The position numbers were made by a program, and so were the translations under genes. A DNA stretch of 64,000 nt from a virus, in IMG/VR virus record IMGVR_UViG_3300032322_002570, positions 9,856-73,855 of that record. One strand, 5' to 3'. The notes below the pieces were generated by a model that was given only the letters and a program-made list of their open reading frames with translations, was not told the DNA's origin and ran no database searches. This document shows, in pieces, positions 1 to 9,110 of the stretch. Within the stretch, counting starts at the first letter, position 1. Each line of letters starts with the position of its first letter.

Positions 1-135
1 TGCCTCCAAGAAGATGAAACAGGCCAATGCAGGTCACGGTAGCACCAATGTACTCAATGGTGGTCGGCGCGTCGCCCTTGATCGCGAGGAGTGTCCCGTA
101 GACGACCATAGCGCAGTAGAGATACTTCATGGCGG

Positions 136-375
136 TCAGTCTACGCTACTGGGGCCAGGGAGGTCAACCCGCCTGCAGCGAGCCTCGCGGCGCTGCTTCT
201 TCGCCCTTGCGATTAGCTCCTTGGCTTGCTCCAGCAGGGCGTTCACCTTCCCTGGATCCCCAGCCGCTATAATGAGTCCGAGCCGCAACGTGTTCGCGGT
301 CTTGCGGTAACCAAGTCGGTCAAGTTTTGCCGCCTTGTTGCAGACGCGCTTTTCGAGTCTGGTCAACTTGACCAT
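136..375 (-). CDS. hypothetical protein
   Basis: 79-aa ORF in a tightly packed minus-strand run of small genes. Confidence 0.55.
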   Translation of the reverse strand: MVKLTRLEKRVCNKAAKLDRLGYRKTANTLRLGLIIAAGDPGKVNALLEQAKELIARAKKQRREARCRRVDLPGPSSVD

Positions 376-629
376 CAGAACCCCCTACGATCGCGCTCGA
401 TCTGCTCCTTACACTCAAGACAGGCGCCAAGAACGGCCATGCTCACAAAGATTAAGAAAAGCAGAAGAAGCAGCCCCAGCAAAGGGCTGACCGCAACAGT
501 TTCCAGCACCGCAACGGCACACAGCGCCAGCCCGAACATCGCGCCCACATAAACAACGGCCCAGGCGATTCCGGTCCTGACACCCCGAAGTGCTACGCGC
601 ACCAGGCGCCGTCTGCGCTCACTCGTCAT
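375..629 (-). CDS. small membrane protein (2 TM)
   Basis: MTSERRRR start followed by two hydrophobic stretches; abuts both neighbours. Confidence 0.55.
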   Translation of the reverse strand: MTSERRRRLVRVALRGVRTGIAWAVVYVGAMFGLALCAVAVLETVAVSPLLGLLLLLFLIFVSMAVLGACLECKEQIERDRRGF

Positions 630-909
630 CGGCCTCTGCCTCCTTCCGCTCGTGGAGCTCAGCCAGCACGGTGGACTCCATGCACAGGTCGAAGGCCGCC
701 AGGACCAGCCCACCGATCATCCTGGCGTAGGTCTCGTTACCGGCGCCACGTACCTCGTCGATCAGCGCACCGAGTCGATCCGGGAAGTCGGAGTCGGGCG
801 TGCTGTTCAGGATCGCCACGACCTGTTCGACCGGGACCGGGGTGCCGTCACACAGGATGACGGTCCCGTCGTCCATGATGCCTTCGCTCCATCGTCCTTC
901 ATTCGCCAT
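619..909 (-). CDS. hypothetical protein
   Basis: ORF 619..1080; likely start MANEGRW downstream of a TGCTATGAT -10-like motif. Confidence 0.45.
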   Translation of the reverse strand: MANEGRWSEGIMDDGTVILCDGTPVPVEQVVAILNSTPDSDFPDRLGALIDEVRGAGNETYARMIGGLVLAAFDLCMESTVLAELHERKEAEADDE

Positions 910-934
910 TGTGCTCAGTGCTGCAACGAAAGGA

Positions 935-1228
935 TCATAGCACATCAGCATCGCGCATCGCCTTGATCTCTTCCCGGGTGGCGAGCCTGCGACGTCCCAT
1001 CGCCTCACGGACCAGGACGGGCTCCTTTCCTCGCCACTTCTTCGCGGTCGATTCCGGGTAGACCCGTGGGGTGTTGCCATTCCACGAGGCAGTCACGCGT
1101 CGGCGCTCCAAGTCCACATCAATGATCTTCACCGGCCATACGGCGACCGAAGTCATCGTCGTGTTGCCCATCTTGGTTTTCCCGACGTCATAGACGATCA
1201 TACCAGGCTTCAGTTTTTCGAGCTTCAT
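935..1228 (-). CDS. hypothetical phage protein
   Basis: 97-aa ORF, beta-rich (SH3-like) appearance. Confidence 0.65.
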   Translation of the reverse strand: MKLEKLKPGMIVYDVGKTKMGNTTMTSVAVWPVKIIDVDLERRRVTASWNGNTPRVYPESTAKKWRGKEPVLVREAMGRRRLATREEIKAMRDADVL

Positions 1229-1412
1229 GGTAGCAATCTTTTGACGTGATGAGCGAGTTCTTCAAACATGCCTAGAAGTGTTAGGAATTGCCTGCAGTGC
1301 TCAATAGCAACCAAACGCAGTTCTTTGATGTCGTCAATTTTTCAAGATCTCGCGTCCACCGTTCAAGGGTTAACTTCTTTTCTAGTGTCAGCTCGCGGAC
1401 GTCCGGCATGCT

Positions 1413-1952
1413 TCAGTCCTGCAAAGACGACATCCTACCACGGACCCTGGTCAACAGGTCCTCCAGGCGCGTGATCCTGGGGATTGTCCTGGCGCTACCC
1501 GGCAGCCCGTCGCGGCTCAGTGAGGCCCGGGTGACAGCAAGCTCTTCCTCGAGCTCGTCCTGCAGATCGCTCAGCAGAGTCAGTAATTGCTCGTCTGCGC
1601 ACTGCATCACGAGGCTGTAATTGAGAAACGCATCTTTTGGATCGCCATCGTACAGACCTCGACTGGCTGCCTCAAGGACCCACTCAATGTCTGGACCAAG
1701 GCCCGATGCCACGCAGATCGGTTTCAGGACGCCACACAGGGCACGCAGGCGGGCGACCTCGGCCTGCTCGTGCCTCAGCGCATCCTCCGCCTGGGCCAGT
1801 GAGAAGCGAGCGCGATTCTGAGCCCACCGGGCAAAGTCTCCATCACTGGAGAAGTACTCGGCGTCATACCGTCGCGCCTGGGCGATGTTTTTGAGCTCCT
1901 GGATTGCGATCCGGGCCGCTTCGTTGTCGGTGTTCATGGCGTCAGTGTTCAT
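1413..1952 (-). CDS. hypothetical protein
   Basis: 179-aa ORF, ATGA overlap with upstream gene. Confidence 0.6.
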   Translation of the reverse strand: MNTDAMNTDNEAARIAIQELKNIAQARRYDAEYFSSDGDFARWAQNRARFSLAQAEDALRHEQAEVARLRALCGVLKPICVASGLGPDIEWVLEAASRGLYDGDPKDAFLNYSLVMQCADEQLLTLLSDLQDELEEELAVTRASLSRDGLPGSARTIPRITRLEDLLTRVRGRMSSLQD

Positions 1953-2179
1953 GGCGTCAGCCAGGGGCAGTCTAGGAATTCGTTGACACTGGCTTCCTGC
2001 GGCTCGCTGATGGTCTTGTTGCCGCGTAGCACAGGCAGCGCGGCGCGGACCCCCTCCAGCGCGCGATGGGCGTCAGCGGCTTCTGGCGCATTGGCCGGCA
2101 CCCACTCCAGGGTCCCGTTCAGCGCGATGGCGCACTGGTTCAACAGCTTGATCACATCAGCATTTTCCATGATAGCCAT
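1949..2179 (-). CDS. hypothetical protein
   Basis: 76-aa ORF in operon-like run. Confidence 0.5.
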   Translation of the reverse strand: MAIMENADVIKLLNQCAIALNGTLEWVPANAPEAADAHRALEGVRAALPVLRGNKTISEPQEASVNEFLDCPWLTP

Positions 2180-2197
2180 TGCGAAGGGTGGGGGTGA

Positions 2198-2530
2198 TCA
2201 AGAGTCAAGGCTTTCGAAATCATGTCTCGGGTCGAACCAGTCATCCCGAAGGAAATGGCCAATCGCTTTGACGCTGGCGTCATCTCCGAGAGCTCGAACC
2301 GGTTTCCCTGGTAACTGGTCCCAGTGGCTGGCACCCGACACTTCTAGCACCCGCCAAATGAAGTGCCCAGCGCGAATACCAGCCACGTCACTTCCGGGCC
2401 GGTAAAGAGAAAACCCGCCAAAGGACTGGACACAGGAACCGTAATCGAGATCAATCCAGGCGGTTAGAACACCATGGTCCCCCATGGTCAACCTCGCCGA
2501 GCGGATGATTGTGTTTTTGATGTCGGCCAC
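2198..2530 (-). CDS. hypothetical phage protein
   Basis: 110-aa ORF (DHGVLTAWIDLDYG...AIGHFLRDDWFDP), resembles a common phage hypothetical family. Confidence 0.7.
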   Translation of the reverse strand: MADIKNTIIRSARLTMGDHGVLTAWIDLDYGSCVQSFGGFSLYRPGSDVAGIRAGHFIWRVLEVSGASHWDQLPGKPVRALGDDASVKAIGHFLRDDWFDPRHDFESLDS

Positions 2531-2531
2531 T

Positions 2532-2981
2532 CTAGGTCTCGGGCACGTCGGACAGGTAGATCATAACATTGTCCGGCAGACAGCGCAAGAGGGGCTCGAC
2601 ATCGGCCCACTTCAGGCGCCCATTGCCGACTCCGGGCGCGTTCAGGTGGAACCGCGTCTCCGGATGGGTCTTGGCGATCTCGGCAAGGCACTCTGCAGAG
2701 GCCTTGATCAGGGCACGGTCCGCCGGCTCCCGCCAGTGGTGCTTGACCTGGAACCAGCCGATGTACTGCAGGCGATTGTCGTCGATCCGCAGGAGCGTGA
2801 CCGGCTGATCGGTGGTGATCTGCTTGGCGACAGTGGGATAGCAGTCGCGGACCTGCTTGGCGGCACCACGACCCATCACGACCTCTCCACGGGAGTTGCG
2901 GATGGGGTTGCCCGTGAAAAGAAACACGTCTGGCAGTGCCCAGGGGGTGGAGTAGTCCAGTAGAGCGTGGATGACTTTCAT
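2532..2981 (-). CDS. macro-domain (ADP-ribose binding/hydrolase)-like protein
   Basis: Motifs FTGN..RGEVVMGRGAAKQ, FQVKHHWR and PGVGNGRLKW typical of phage macro domains. Confidence 0.75.
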   Translation of the reverse strand: MKVIHALLDYSTPWALPDVFLFTGNPIRNSRGEVVMGRGAAKQVRDCYPTVAKQITTDQPVTLLRIDDNRLQYIGWFQVKHHWREPADRALIKASAECLAEIAKTHPETRFHLNAPGVGNGRLKWADVEPLLRCLPDNVMIYLSDVPET

Positions 2982-3439
2982 AGCTCGACGACTGTTGTCA
3001 CCTCGTAGGAGCGGCCCCCGCCAAATGACGGGAAGTCATCCATGTCAATGGATACCACCCTGAGCCCGGTTCGAGCAGCGAAGTCGGTGACCAGTTCGGA
3101 GATCGCGTGATCCAGTTCTTGCTTAGTGGCACGGGCGGCAGGGATTGTCGGTGGCGTGGGTGCCATCTCCTGGGTGGTCGGCTCGGTTTTCAGGTGGGTG
3201 ATTGCCGGCAATGGCGACCAGTGGGTCGGCCCGAAGGAATGAGGCCAGCGCGCGAGGTGGCCGTCGGGCTCGCGCCAGACGCAATAAGGATCTGACGTGT
3301 AAGGCGCGCTCGACGGGGACGGCCTGACGTTGATCGCGATGGCGATAAACATCCGCCTGTCGTCCGCTGGGAGCGTCTCGATGGGCAGCCAGCCCTGCTG
3401 CTCGGTCATGGCCTTGGGTGTTTGGATCGCGTACATCAT
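2978..3439 (-). CDS. hypothetical protein (DUF551-like WxPIET...PTHWxPLP)
   Basis: WLPIET and PTHWSPLP motifs; first gene of the leftward early cluster. Confidence 0.6.
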   Translation of the reverse strand: MMYAIQTPKAMTEQQGWLPIETLPADDRRMFIAIAINVRPSPSSAPYTSDPYCVWREPDGHLARWPHSFGPTHWSPLPAITHLKTEPTTQEMAPTPPTIPAARATKQELDHAISELVTDFAARTGLRVVSIDMDDFPSFGGGRSYEVTTVVEL

Positions 3440-3550
3440 AGCACAAGCGCGACTCCTAGTGAACTCCTAATCTGCGCCAAATTGGGAGTTGGCCCAAACT
3501 GTATAGCGGCGAACATGAAACCGCTCTAACGCCAGTTTCCACGTTCCAAC

Positions 3551-3750
3551 CTGCACAAAATATGTGCTCCAGCACATTTGCTACCCCCTTTTAGGATGCT
3601 ACCAAACCCCTTGCGCCGCAAGGGTTCTCATGCGCCAAAAGGGGGGTTTCAATGTGCAGCCGTTCTTAGTAGTATTCGGGATTGAAAGAATTGAGAAGAA
3701 GAAAGAAGTAACAGCCATAGATTGACTTAGATCTAAGAGTGTGTAGAAAG
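3551..3750. repeat. non-coding element copy A (inverted homologue of 51430-51631)
   Basis: 31 bp CTGCACAAAATATGTGCTCCAGCACATTTGC (3551-3581) is the exact reverse complement of 51601-51631; further matching blocks extend to about 3682 and more weakly to about 3746. Confidence 0.9.
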
Positions 3751-3960
3751 TGATCATTAGACCTACGTCTAATGATCACGTAAATACCCTTTCTCAATAA
3801 CTAAAGAGTCATACTAGGGTAGATAGATAAGTCAACCTAATCAATAATACCCTTAGGGTAGTACAGAGAATAATAGGTCTTCTTAAGAGTACCCTGAAGG
3901 TATTATATATATATCTACTATAGAGGGGCTGTTCCCTGGCTGTTGGGGCTGTTCCTTCCT
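3660..3960. other. AT-rich, palindrome-rich intergenic tract
   Basis: Sharp AT enrichment; perfect 13-bp hairpin 3750-3779, palindromes 3726-3737 and 3848-3860. Confidence 0.75.
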
Positions 3961-4177
3961 TCTCTTTCAATTCCTACTACATAATCGACCCGCCGCCGAG
4001 CGGCGACGAGGCGCGTCTGATCGGTTGCTGCTGTGATGGACGCAGAAAACGAACCGGGAAGGTGCCTCGAGGGGGCGCGCTGTGGGATTCGATGTCCAAG
4101 GGCCTCCAGGGGCCTTCCAGGGGCTCCTGACAGCGTGCTTCCGATGGTATGCTAAAAATGCCCCCTCGAGCGCCGCC

Positions 4178-4717
4178 ATGAAGGCCTACGCCGGGATTGG
4201 ATCAAGGAAGACGCCGCCGGAGATCCTGGAGGTCATGACGCGGCTTGCGGCCAGGCTTGAGGCCGATGGTTGGGTGCTGCGCAGTGGTGGCGCCGAGGGC
4301 GCTGATGAGGCGTTTGAGCGAGGCGTGACGAACCCAAGCGCGAAGCAGATCTACTTGCCCTGGGATGGCTTCAGGGGCAGGAGGCTCGGCGGCTCATTCA
4401 TGGCTGCACCACGGTGGGCTGATGCGACCGTAGATGTCTTCCACCCGGCGCCCGGCCGCCTGAGCCAGGTCGCTCGGCGGCTCATGGCCAGGAATGCGTG
4501 CCAGGTCCTTGGGCCGGACAGCCCACTGCTACCTGCAGGCAAAAGAGAGCCGTCTTCAAGCCTGGTTGTCTGCTGGACGACCCTTGACGGCAATGGTGCG
4601 CCAAATGGCGGCACTGGCCAAGCCATAAGAATAGCTAATCATTACGACATCCCTGTCAGGAACCTCTTTTCCAAGGAGCACCTGGATGCCGCCCTTGACT
4701 TTATAGGCGACCGCTAA
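4178..4717 (+). CDS. SLOG-family (DprA/Smf-like) protein
   Basis: YAGIGSRKTP, LRSGGAEGADEAFE and GGTGQAIRIA motifs; ATG 4178 after a TATGCT -10-like motif. Confidence 0.8.
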   Translation: MKAYAGIGSRKTPPEILEVMTRLAARLEADGWVLRSGGAEGADEAFERGVTNPSAKQIYLPWDGFRGRRLGGSFMAAPRWADATVDVFHPAPGRLSQVARRLMARNACQVLGPDSPLLPAGKREPSSSLVVCWTTLDGNGAPNGGTGQAIRIANHYDIPVRNLFSKEHLDAALDFIGDR

Positions 4718-4720
4718 TTT

Positions 4721-4942
4721 TCAGTAAAACTTGCGTCCAGCGGAAACCGCCAACATTGGTGCGCAGCGCTGCTCGTCATAATAGAGCTTGCCCCCAACGA
4801 CAAGCCGGCCAACCCTGAAACCGAAGCCAAAACCGCCCCAGAACTCCTGGTCGGTGTTATCCCACCCAAGTGAAAATCCCAGGCGGTCGCTGGCTTCAGC
4901 CCTGAGATAGCCGCCACACTCATCGATCAGGCACAGGAACAT
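4721..4942 (-). CDS. hypothetical protein
   Basis: 73-aa ORF. Confidence 0.45.
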   Translation of the reverse strand: MFLCLIDECGGYLRAEASDRLGFSLGWDNTDQEFWGGFGFGFRVGRLVVGGKLYYDEQRCAPMLAVSAGRKFY

Positions 4943-5041
4943 CAGTCTTTCCGAATGAAAAACGCTTCAACTATAGCCTGCCCAGCGAAGTAGCCGGCGA
5001 ACGTAAAGCAGACGATCGCTGGCGTCAGTCTGAACATCTCA

Positions 5042-5395
5042 TCAATGAGCCGTTCCACTCTTGCTCCGTTGATAGGTTTTTAGCGGCAGCCTGACTTGAG
5101 AGAAGCCCCGCTGCAGCCTCCCGGGGATTCCTTGGGCATGGCCAACGATCACCTTGCCTTCGAACTCCTCCAGCACGATCCAGCCCGGAAGCCAGCCATA
5201 GCCCTCAAGGCTTGACAGGACCTCAACGATCGACCCAATCGGGAATCGAGTCTCCCGCTCCAGGTCTCGATCCAGCGCCTCCAGTCGGTCGCCGCTGTAC
5301 TCCTTGGTCTCCTTCCACGCCAGTGGATGTTCCGTTACCGTACGGTAGTAATCGAGCAGGCGCTGTCTTCTGTCCATGATTTCATCTGGGTTCAT
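5042..5395 (-). CDS. hypothetical protein
   Basis: 117-aa ORF, ATGA overlap with upstream gene. Confidence 0.6.
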   Translation of the reverse strand: MNPDEIMDRRQRLLDYYRTVTEHPLAWKETKEYSGDRLEALDRDLERETRFPIGSIVEVLSSLEGYGWLPGWIVLEEFEGKVIVGHAQGIPGRLQRGFSQVRLPLKTYQRSKSGTAH

Positions 5396-6123
5396 TGTTT
5401 TGCGGGTATCGCAGTAGGAGCGAAAGAGCGGAAAGATCCGCCCCAGGCTACTGTTGCGGCAATCGAGCGGCCTCTGCCGCCCTCGTCACCAAGGTTGCCC
5501 GCGTTGATACCAAAGGCCCACGAACTGCCTTTTGGGGAATAGCTTAAACCGGCGGTTACACCACGAGAATAGCCAATACTAACGCCAACCTCAGGCGTAA
5601 TGCCTAGCCCGACGCCGCCGACCAATCCGCGCCCTCGGTCGCCACCGTTCGCGTAACCAGCACTGATCTGTAGTGGCATGTTGCCCACTGCGCCAGCACC
5701 GGTGATGACACCATAGGCCGAGGCGTTATGATCTGCGGTGCCCCATGCGACAGCGTTCAAGACGCCGCCCCCGGCTGCTAAGCGGAAGTCTGGCCGGCTG
5801 ACCAGGTCACGTCCAAGCCTTACGTCAAGGCCACCGGACCCTTCGACATCCACGCCAGCGCCGATCTCAAGTGCGACAAGGCGGCCCGCGTCGCCAAGAC
5901 CGAAGCCACCGCCGACCGCTCCACCACTGTCAACGCCAGCGCGATACTTGCCACGCTCGAGGGACCAGTCGATCTCGTCGTAGCCCCACGCAGCGCTCCA
6001 CGCGTAGAGGTCTCCATGCTGAGCAACGAAGGCGGAGGGGACCCTGGGTGCATTCAGATTTGGACCGCCGATCGCTGGCGTAGCAGCTAGAGCGACAATC
6101 GGCAATAAGAGTGAGCGTTTCAT
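5392..6123 (-). CDS. putative outer-membrane beta-barrel protein with signal peptide
   Basis: MKRSLLLPIVALAATPAIG signal peptide; Gly-rich amphipathic strands (GGGFGLGDAGRLVALEIG, SAYGVIT, VGVSIGY); start overlaps the GT2 stop (TGATG). Confidence 0.7.
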   Translation of the reverse strand: MKRSLLLPIVALAATPAIGGPNLNAPRVPSAFVAQHGDLYAWSAAWGYDEIDWSLERGKYRAGVDSGGAVGGGFGLGDAGRLVALEIGAGVDVEGSGGLDVRLGRDLVSRPDFRLAAGGGVLNAVAWGTADHNASAYGVITGAGAVGNMPLQISAGYANGGDRGRGLVGGVGLGITPEVGVSIGYSRGVTAGLSYSPKGSSWAFGINAGNLGDEGGRGRSIAATVAWGGSFRSFAPTAIPAKQ

Positions 6124-7829
6124 CACTTTTGGTACCTTGGAACGATCGGCGGATTGCGCTGCTGGAAGCTCTGCTGCAAGGCCTCGAAGCCAGCGGGGGC
6201 TCGCAGACCGCCAGTGACCGCCAGTAACAGACTGGCTGCAACATAGGTCAACAATTGCACCGGCGAACGACGTGGGTGCAGTAGTGCCACGAGCAGACCA
6301 GTCAGGATGGCCCAGCCTGCGGCGACCAGTGCCAGCAGCCAGTAAGGCTGAGTCGCGACGGCACCCGGCGTCAGCAGTACCACCAGCGTCGTCAGCACAC
6401 CAGCGACCCAGTAGGGAGCCAGCAGGCGAGATGGTAGGGCCTGTTGACGCGGATCGACGCCCTTTGGCGTGACGCGCCACATCGGTTCGCGACCACTAAC
6501 CACTTGCAAGATCCCGGCAAGCAGACCGAGCACCACCCATGGCAGTCGAACCAGTTCGAACAGTGGTGCCTCCCAACTGACCAACGGGGCCCTGGGGCGA
6601 AGTACATCCCATCGACGCAAGAGCATCATGGGCAGCACTGCGGCTACGGCATAGGCAGCAGCGAAAGCGAGGAACACGAGATAGTTGACGCGCATCATTG
6701 GCACATCAAGCAGCAGCGTGGCAGCAAGCAGCAGGTAACCGACCACGGCGGTGCCGCCGAACAATGGGTACCACAACTCGCTGTAGATGAACTCAGGCCA
6801 GAGGCGCAGCGGCAGGTCTCGACGGCGAAGTTTTCCTGGCAGCAGGGTGAGAAAGATCACCATGATCGAGCGAGACCACTGGAACTCCTGCGTCAGACCA
6901 TCGACTACTGTCGCTGGTCCTTCGCCATGGGCGATCGCGTTGATGGAGAACGAGCCACGCCAGCCCGCAGCATTCATCAAAAGACTGGTGCTGTGGTCCT
7001 CTGCTAGTTCGGGCCCGAGCCCTCCGATCTCCTTCAGGGCGGCGGTGCGGACAGCGTAATGGGAGCCTATCGCCAGCGGTGCAGCGCCATTGCTGTAGCC
7101 AGCCTGTTGGATGCCATGCAGGGGCGCTTCGGCGTAGAGGCGACCGCGAGCAAACCAGCTCCGTTCAGCACCCCGATCACAGATCGATGGCGCGGCCACG
7201 TAACCAACGCGTGGATCATTGAACGGCAGCAGCATTTGCTGAGCATAGTTCAACGCAGGGACGTGGTCGGAATCTAACTGCAGCACGAAGTCGTAGCGAC
7301 TGTATCCAACCCGATCATAAAAGAATGCAAGGTTTCCTTCCTTGCAGCGCGTGCGTCGTGGCCATGTTGGTCGATGGTAGTCATCTCTGCCACGGCGCGA
7401 GCAGACCTTAATACCAAGACTGCGACACCAGGCCAGGGCCTCAGCAGTAGGATCCTCGTCCGCGAGCCAGACGTCAACCGACACCCCTTCCCGCTGCACG
7501 CAGCCAAGCAGGGTTGGGACGACGTCTTCGAACCGCTCGGCCGGCGCCCTGGTCACCACCATGGCCACGCGCCAGTGATCCGGAACCGTCAGGCTGCTGG
7601 CCGGACGGACAGCCCGTGCCGCCCAAAAATAAAGCCAGAATGGTGCGAGTAGCTCGTAGACTACAATGTAAGTTGCGCCAATCGAGAACGGCAGCCAGAC
7701 GTGGTGAGGCGGATACAACCACCAGATTAAATAAAGAGCCGCGACAATCGCGGCGGGCATAACAGAAAGAAGTAGAGCAAATCGCTGGCGGGTATTTAGC
7801 AGTGGCCGCTGAAAGTGCGGGCTACTCAC
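6123..7829 (-). CDS. processive GT2 glycosyltransferase, cellulose-synthase (BcsA)-like
   Basis: 2 N-terminal TMs, KEGNL, DSD (DxD), AED (TED-like), QEFQW (QxxRW position), several C-terminal TMs; GTG 7829 preceded by GGAGGAG. Confidence 0.88.
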   Translation of the reverse strand: MSSPHFQRPLLNTRQRFALLLSVMPAAIVAALYLIWWLYPPHHVWLPFSIGATYIVVYELLAPFWLYFWAARAVRPASSLTVPDHWRVAMVVTRAPAERFEDVVPTLLGCVQREGVSVDVWLADEDPTAEALAWCRSLGIKVCSRRGRDDYHRPTWPRRTRCKEGNLAFFYDRVGYSRYDFVLQLDSDHVPALNYAQQMLLPFNDPRVGYVAAPSICDRGAERSWFARGRLYAEAPLHGIQQAGYSNGAAPLAIGSHYAVRTAALKEIGGLGPELAEDHSTSLLMNAAGWRGSFSINAIAHGEGPATVVDGLTQEFQWSRSIMVIFLTLLPGKLRRRDLPLRLWPEFIYSELWYPLFGGTAVVGYLLLAATLLLDVPMMRVNYLVFLAFAAAYAVAAVLPMMLLRRWDVLRPRAPLVSWEAPLFELVRLPWVVLGLLAGILQVVSGREPMWRVTPKGVDPRQQALPSRLLAPYWVAGVLTTLVVLLTPGAVATQPYWLLALVAAGWAILTGLLVALLHPRRSPVQLLTYVAASLLLAVTGGLRAPAGFEALQQSFQQRNPPIVPRYQK

Positions 7830-8043
7830 AACTCTCCTCCAGTGGACTCCAGGCGCCACACCAATGAATCGGAAACACTTTGGGCCAAAACAAGGAGTCT
7901 TTTGGCGGCTTGGCTCGGCACTCGCCGACTGCTTGGCTAACGGGAACGTAGTAGTAGCAGTTTTCGCACCGCTGTTTGGATCTCGGCGGATACGGTGAAT
8001 GGTTAGCCATGATTCTTTGTCTCGTCGGTATGTCCAAAACCAC
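7822..8043 (-). CDS. small Cys-rich protein (HiPIP-like/metal-binding)
   Basis: CENC...GEC...WCGAW four-Cys pattern. Confidence 0.6.
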   Translation of the reverse strand: MVLDIPTRQRIMANHSPYPPRSKQRCENCYYYVPVSQAVGECRAKPPKDSLFWPKVFPIHWCGAWSPLEESCE

Positions 8044-8509
8044 CAGCCCCGCGCTCGGTCTGCTCGAGGTTGTCGGTTTCCACTAGATTTACCTCTTCGG
8101 ATCGCTCGAAGGCGAGTTGCGCGATTGCGCGATCATGACCGAAAGTAATTGTTAGCGGAGAAAAAATACCACTGTAGGACATCTCAAGAAGCAGTTCAAC
8201 TTCTCCTATGTAGTCGCCATCGATGATGCCCGTGCAGTTGCCGAGGCGAACGCGGTACTTGTCCGCATTGCCGGACCTTGGGAAAGCCTTCCCGACCCAG
8301 CCCTCGGCGATACCGAAAGCGAGGCCGGTCTTGACCCGCACTTGTCTGCCGGGCCAGAGCACGACTGGAGGCTGAGCCGGGCTCAGGAAGAGGTCGTAAC
8401 AGTGAGACCTTTTGGTGGCCTTCTTGGGGCGCGCCACGTCTGGGTGCAGCCTTTTGTAGAAGATGTCTGGAATGGAGTCAGAGGGCGGTGCGTCGTGCTT
8501 GTCGTACAT
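8003..8509 (-). CDS. dut: dUTPase
   Basis: PRSG, GIIDGDYIGE, AIAQL and TERGAGGFGHT motifs. Confidence 0.93.
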   Translation of the reverse strand: MYDKHDAPPSDSIPDIFYKRLHPDVARPKKATKRSHCYDLFLSPAQPPVVLWPGRQVRVKTGLAFGIAEGWVGKAFPRSGNADKYRVRLGNCTGIIDGDYIGEVELLLEMSYSGIFSPLTITFGHDRAIAQLAFERSEEVNLVETDNLEQTERGAGGFGHTDETKNHG

Positions 8510-8751
8510 CAGTAGCAGGAGGTGATGGAGCCGTAGCGGAGCTTGGTCGTGTTGCACACGTAGGCCTTGGCCGGCGTGTTGATCACGGTATTGGTCGTGG
8601 AGCCGAACGAGTACCTGGAGTAAGTTACTCGCTCCCCAGAGGGGGTGTAGACGGTTCCGGTGCCGGTGTCGCTACCGTCCGGTACCCCTTTGGCAAAGGC
8701 GGCAGAGGCAAGCATTCCAGCGATTGCCAGAGCTGCGCAGATTCGGGACAT
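8509..8751 (-). CDS. small secreted protein
   Basis: Signal peptide MSRICAALAIAGMLASAAFA; coupled to dut by TGATG. Confidence 0.6.
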   Translation of the reverse strand: MSRICAALAIAGMLASAAFAKGVPDGSDTGTGTVYTPSGERVTYSRYSFGSTTNTVINTPAKAYVCNTTKLRYGSITSCY

Positions 8752-9107
8752 GACTCCTCTTGTTGACTGCCCTGATCATAGCACGTTGCACCCATGGAGT
8801 GCAATACCAGTTCGTGGACGCGGCGCAATCCGGCGACCATGAACTCGTACTCGCACGAGTCTGGAGTCAGGAAATACGGAAGCTCGCTGCAGCGATCGTT
8901 GACCTCGTCGACTCCTGCACGGAAAGCAGCGATAAGCTCCTCGTCGGTCGGCTCGGTATGCTGATGGCCGCAGTAGCAGCCGTTCGACCAGGCTAATCGC
9001 GTCTGACGATAGACGAACCGCTCGAGCTCCTCGTCTGGCTCCGGCGATGTGCTGCCTTCGTTGTACCACCAGCGTTCGAAGCGCTCCATTGCTTGATCCT
9101 GATTCAT
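8625..9107 (-). CDS. hypothetical phage protein
   Basis: FERWWYNEGS and PTDEEL motifs typical of small cyanophage hypotheticals. Confidence 0.6.
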   Translation of the reverse strand: MNQDQAMERFERWWYNEGSTSPEPDEELERFVYRQTRLAWSNGCYCGHQHTEPTDEELIAAFRAGVDEVNDRCSELPYFLTPDSCEYEFMVAGLRRVHELVLHSMGATCYDQGSQQEESCPESAQLWQSLECLPLPPLPKGYRTVATPAPEPSTPPLGSE

Positions 9108-9110
9108 GGC

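Noticed and set aside
3551-3960. Possible CRISPR array or attP site
   Set aside because: No regularly spaced repeats with unique spacers, and no cas or integrase gene recognised in the window
6124-6480. N-terminal 119 aa of ORF 5392..6480
   Set aside because: Overlaps the GT2 gene; the signal peptide and TGATG coupling place the real start at 6123
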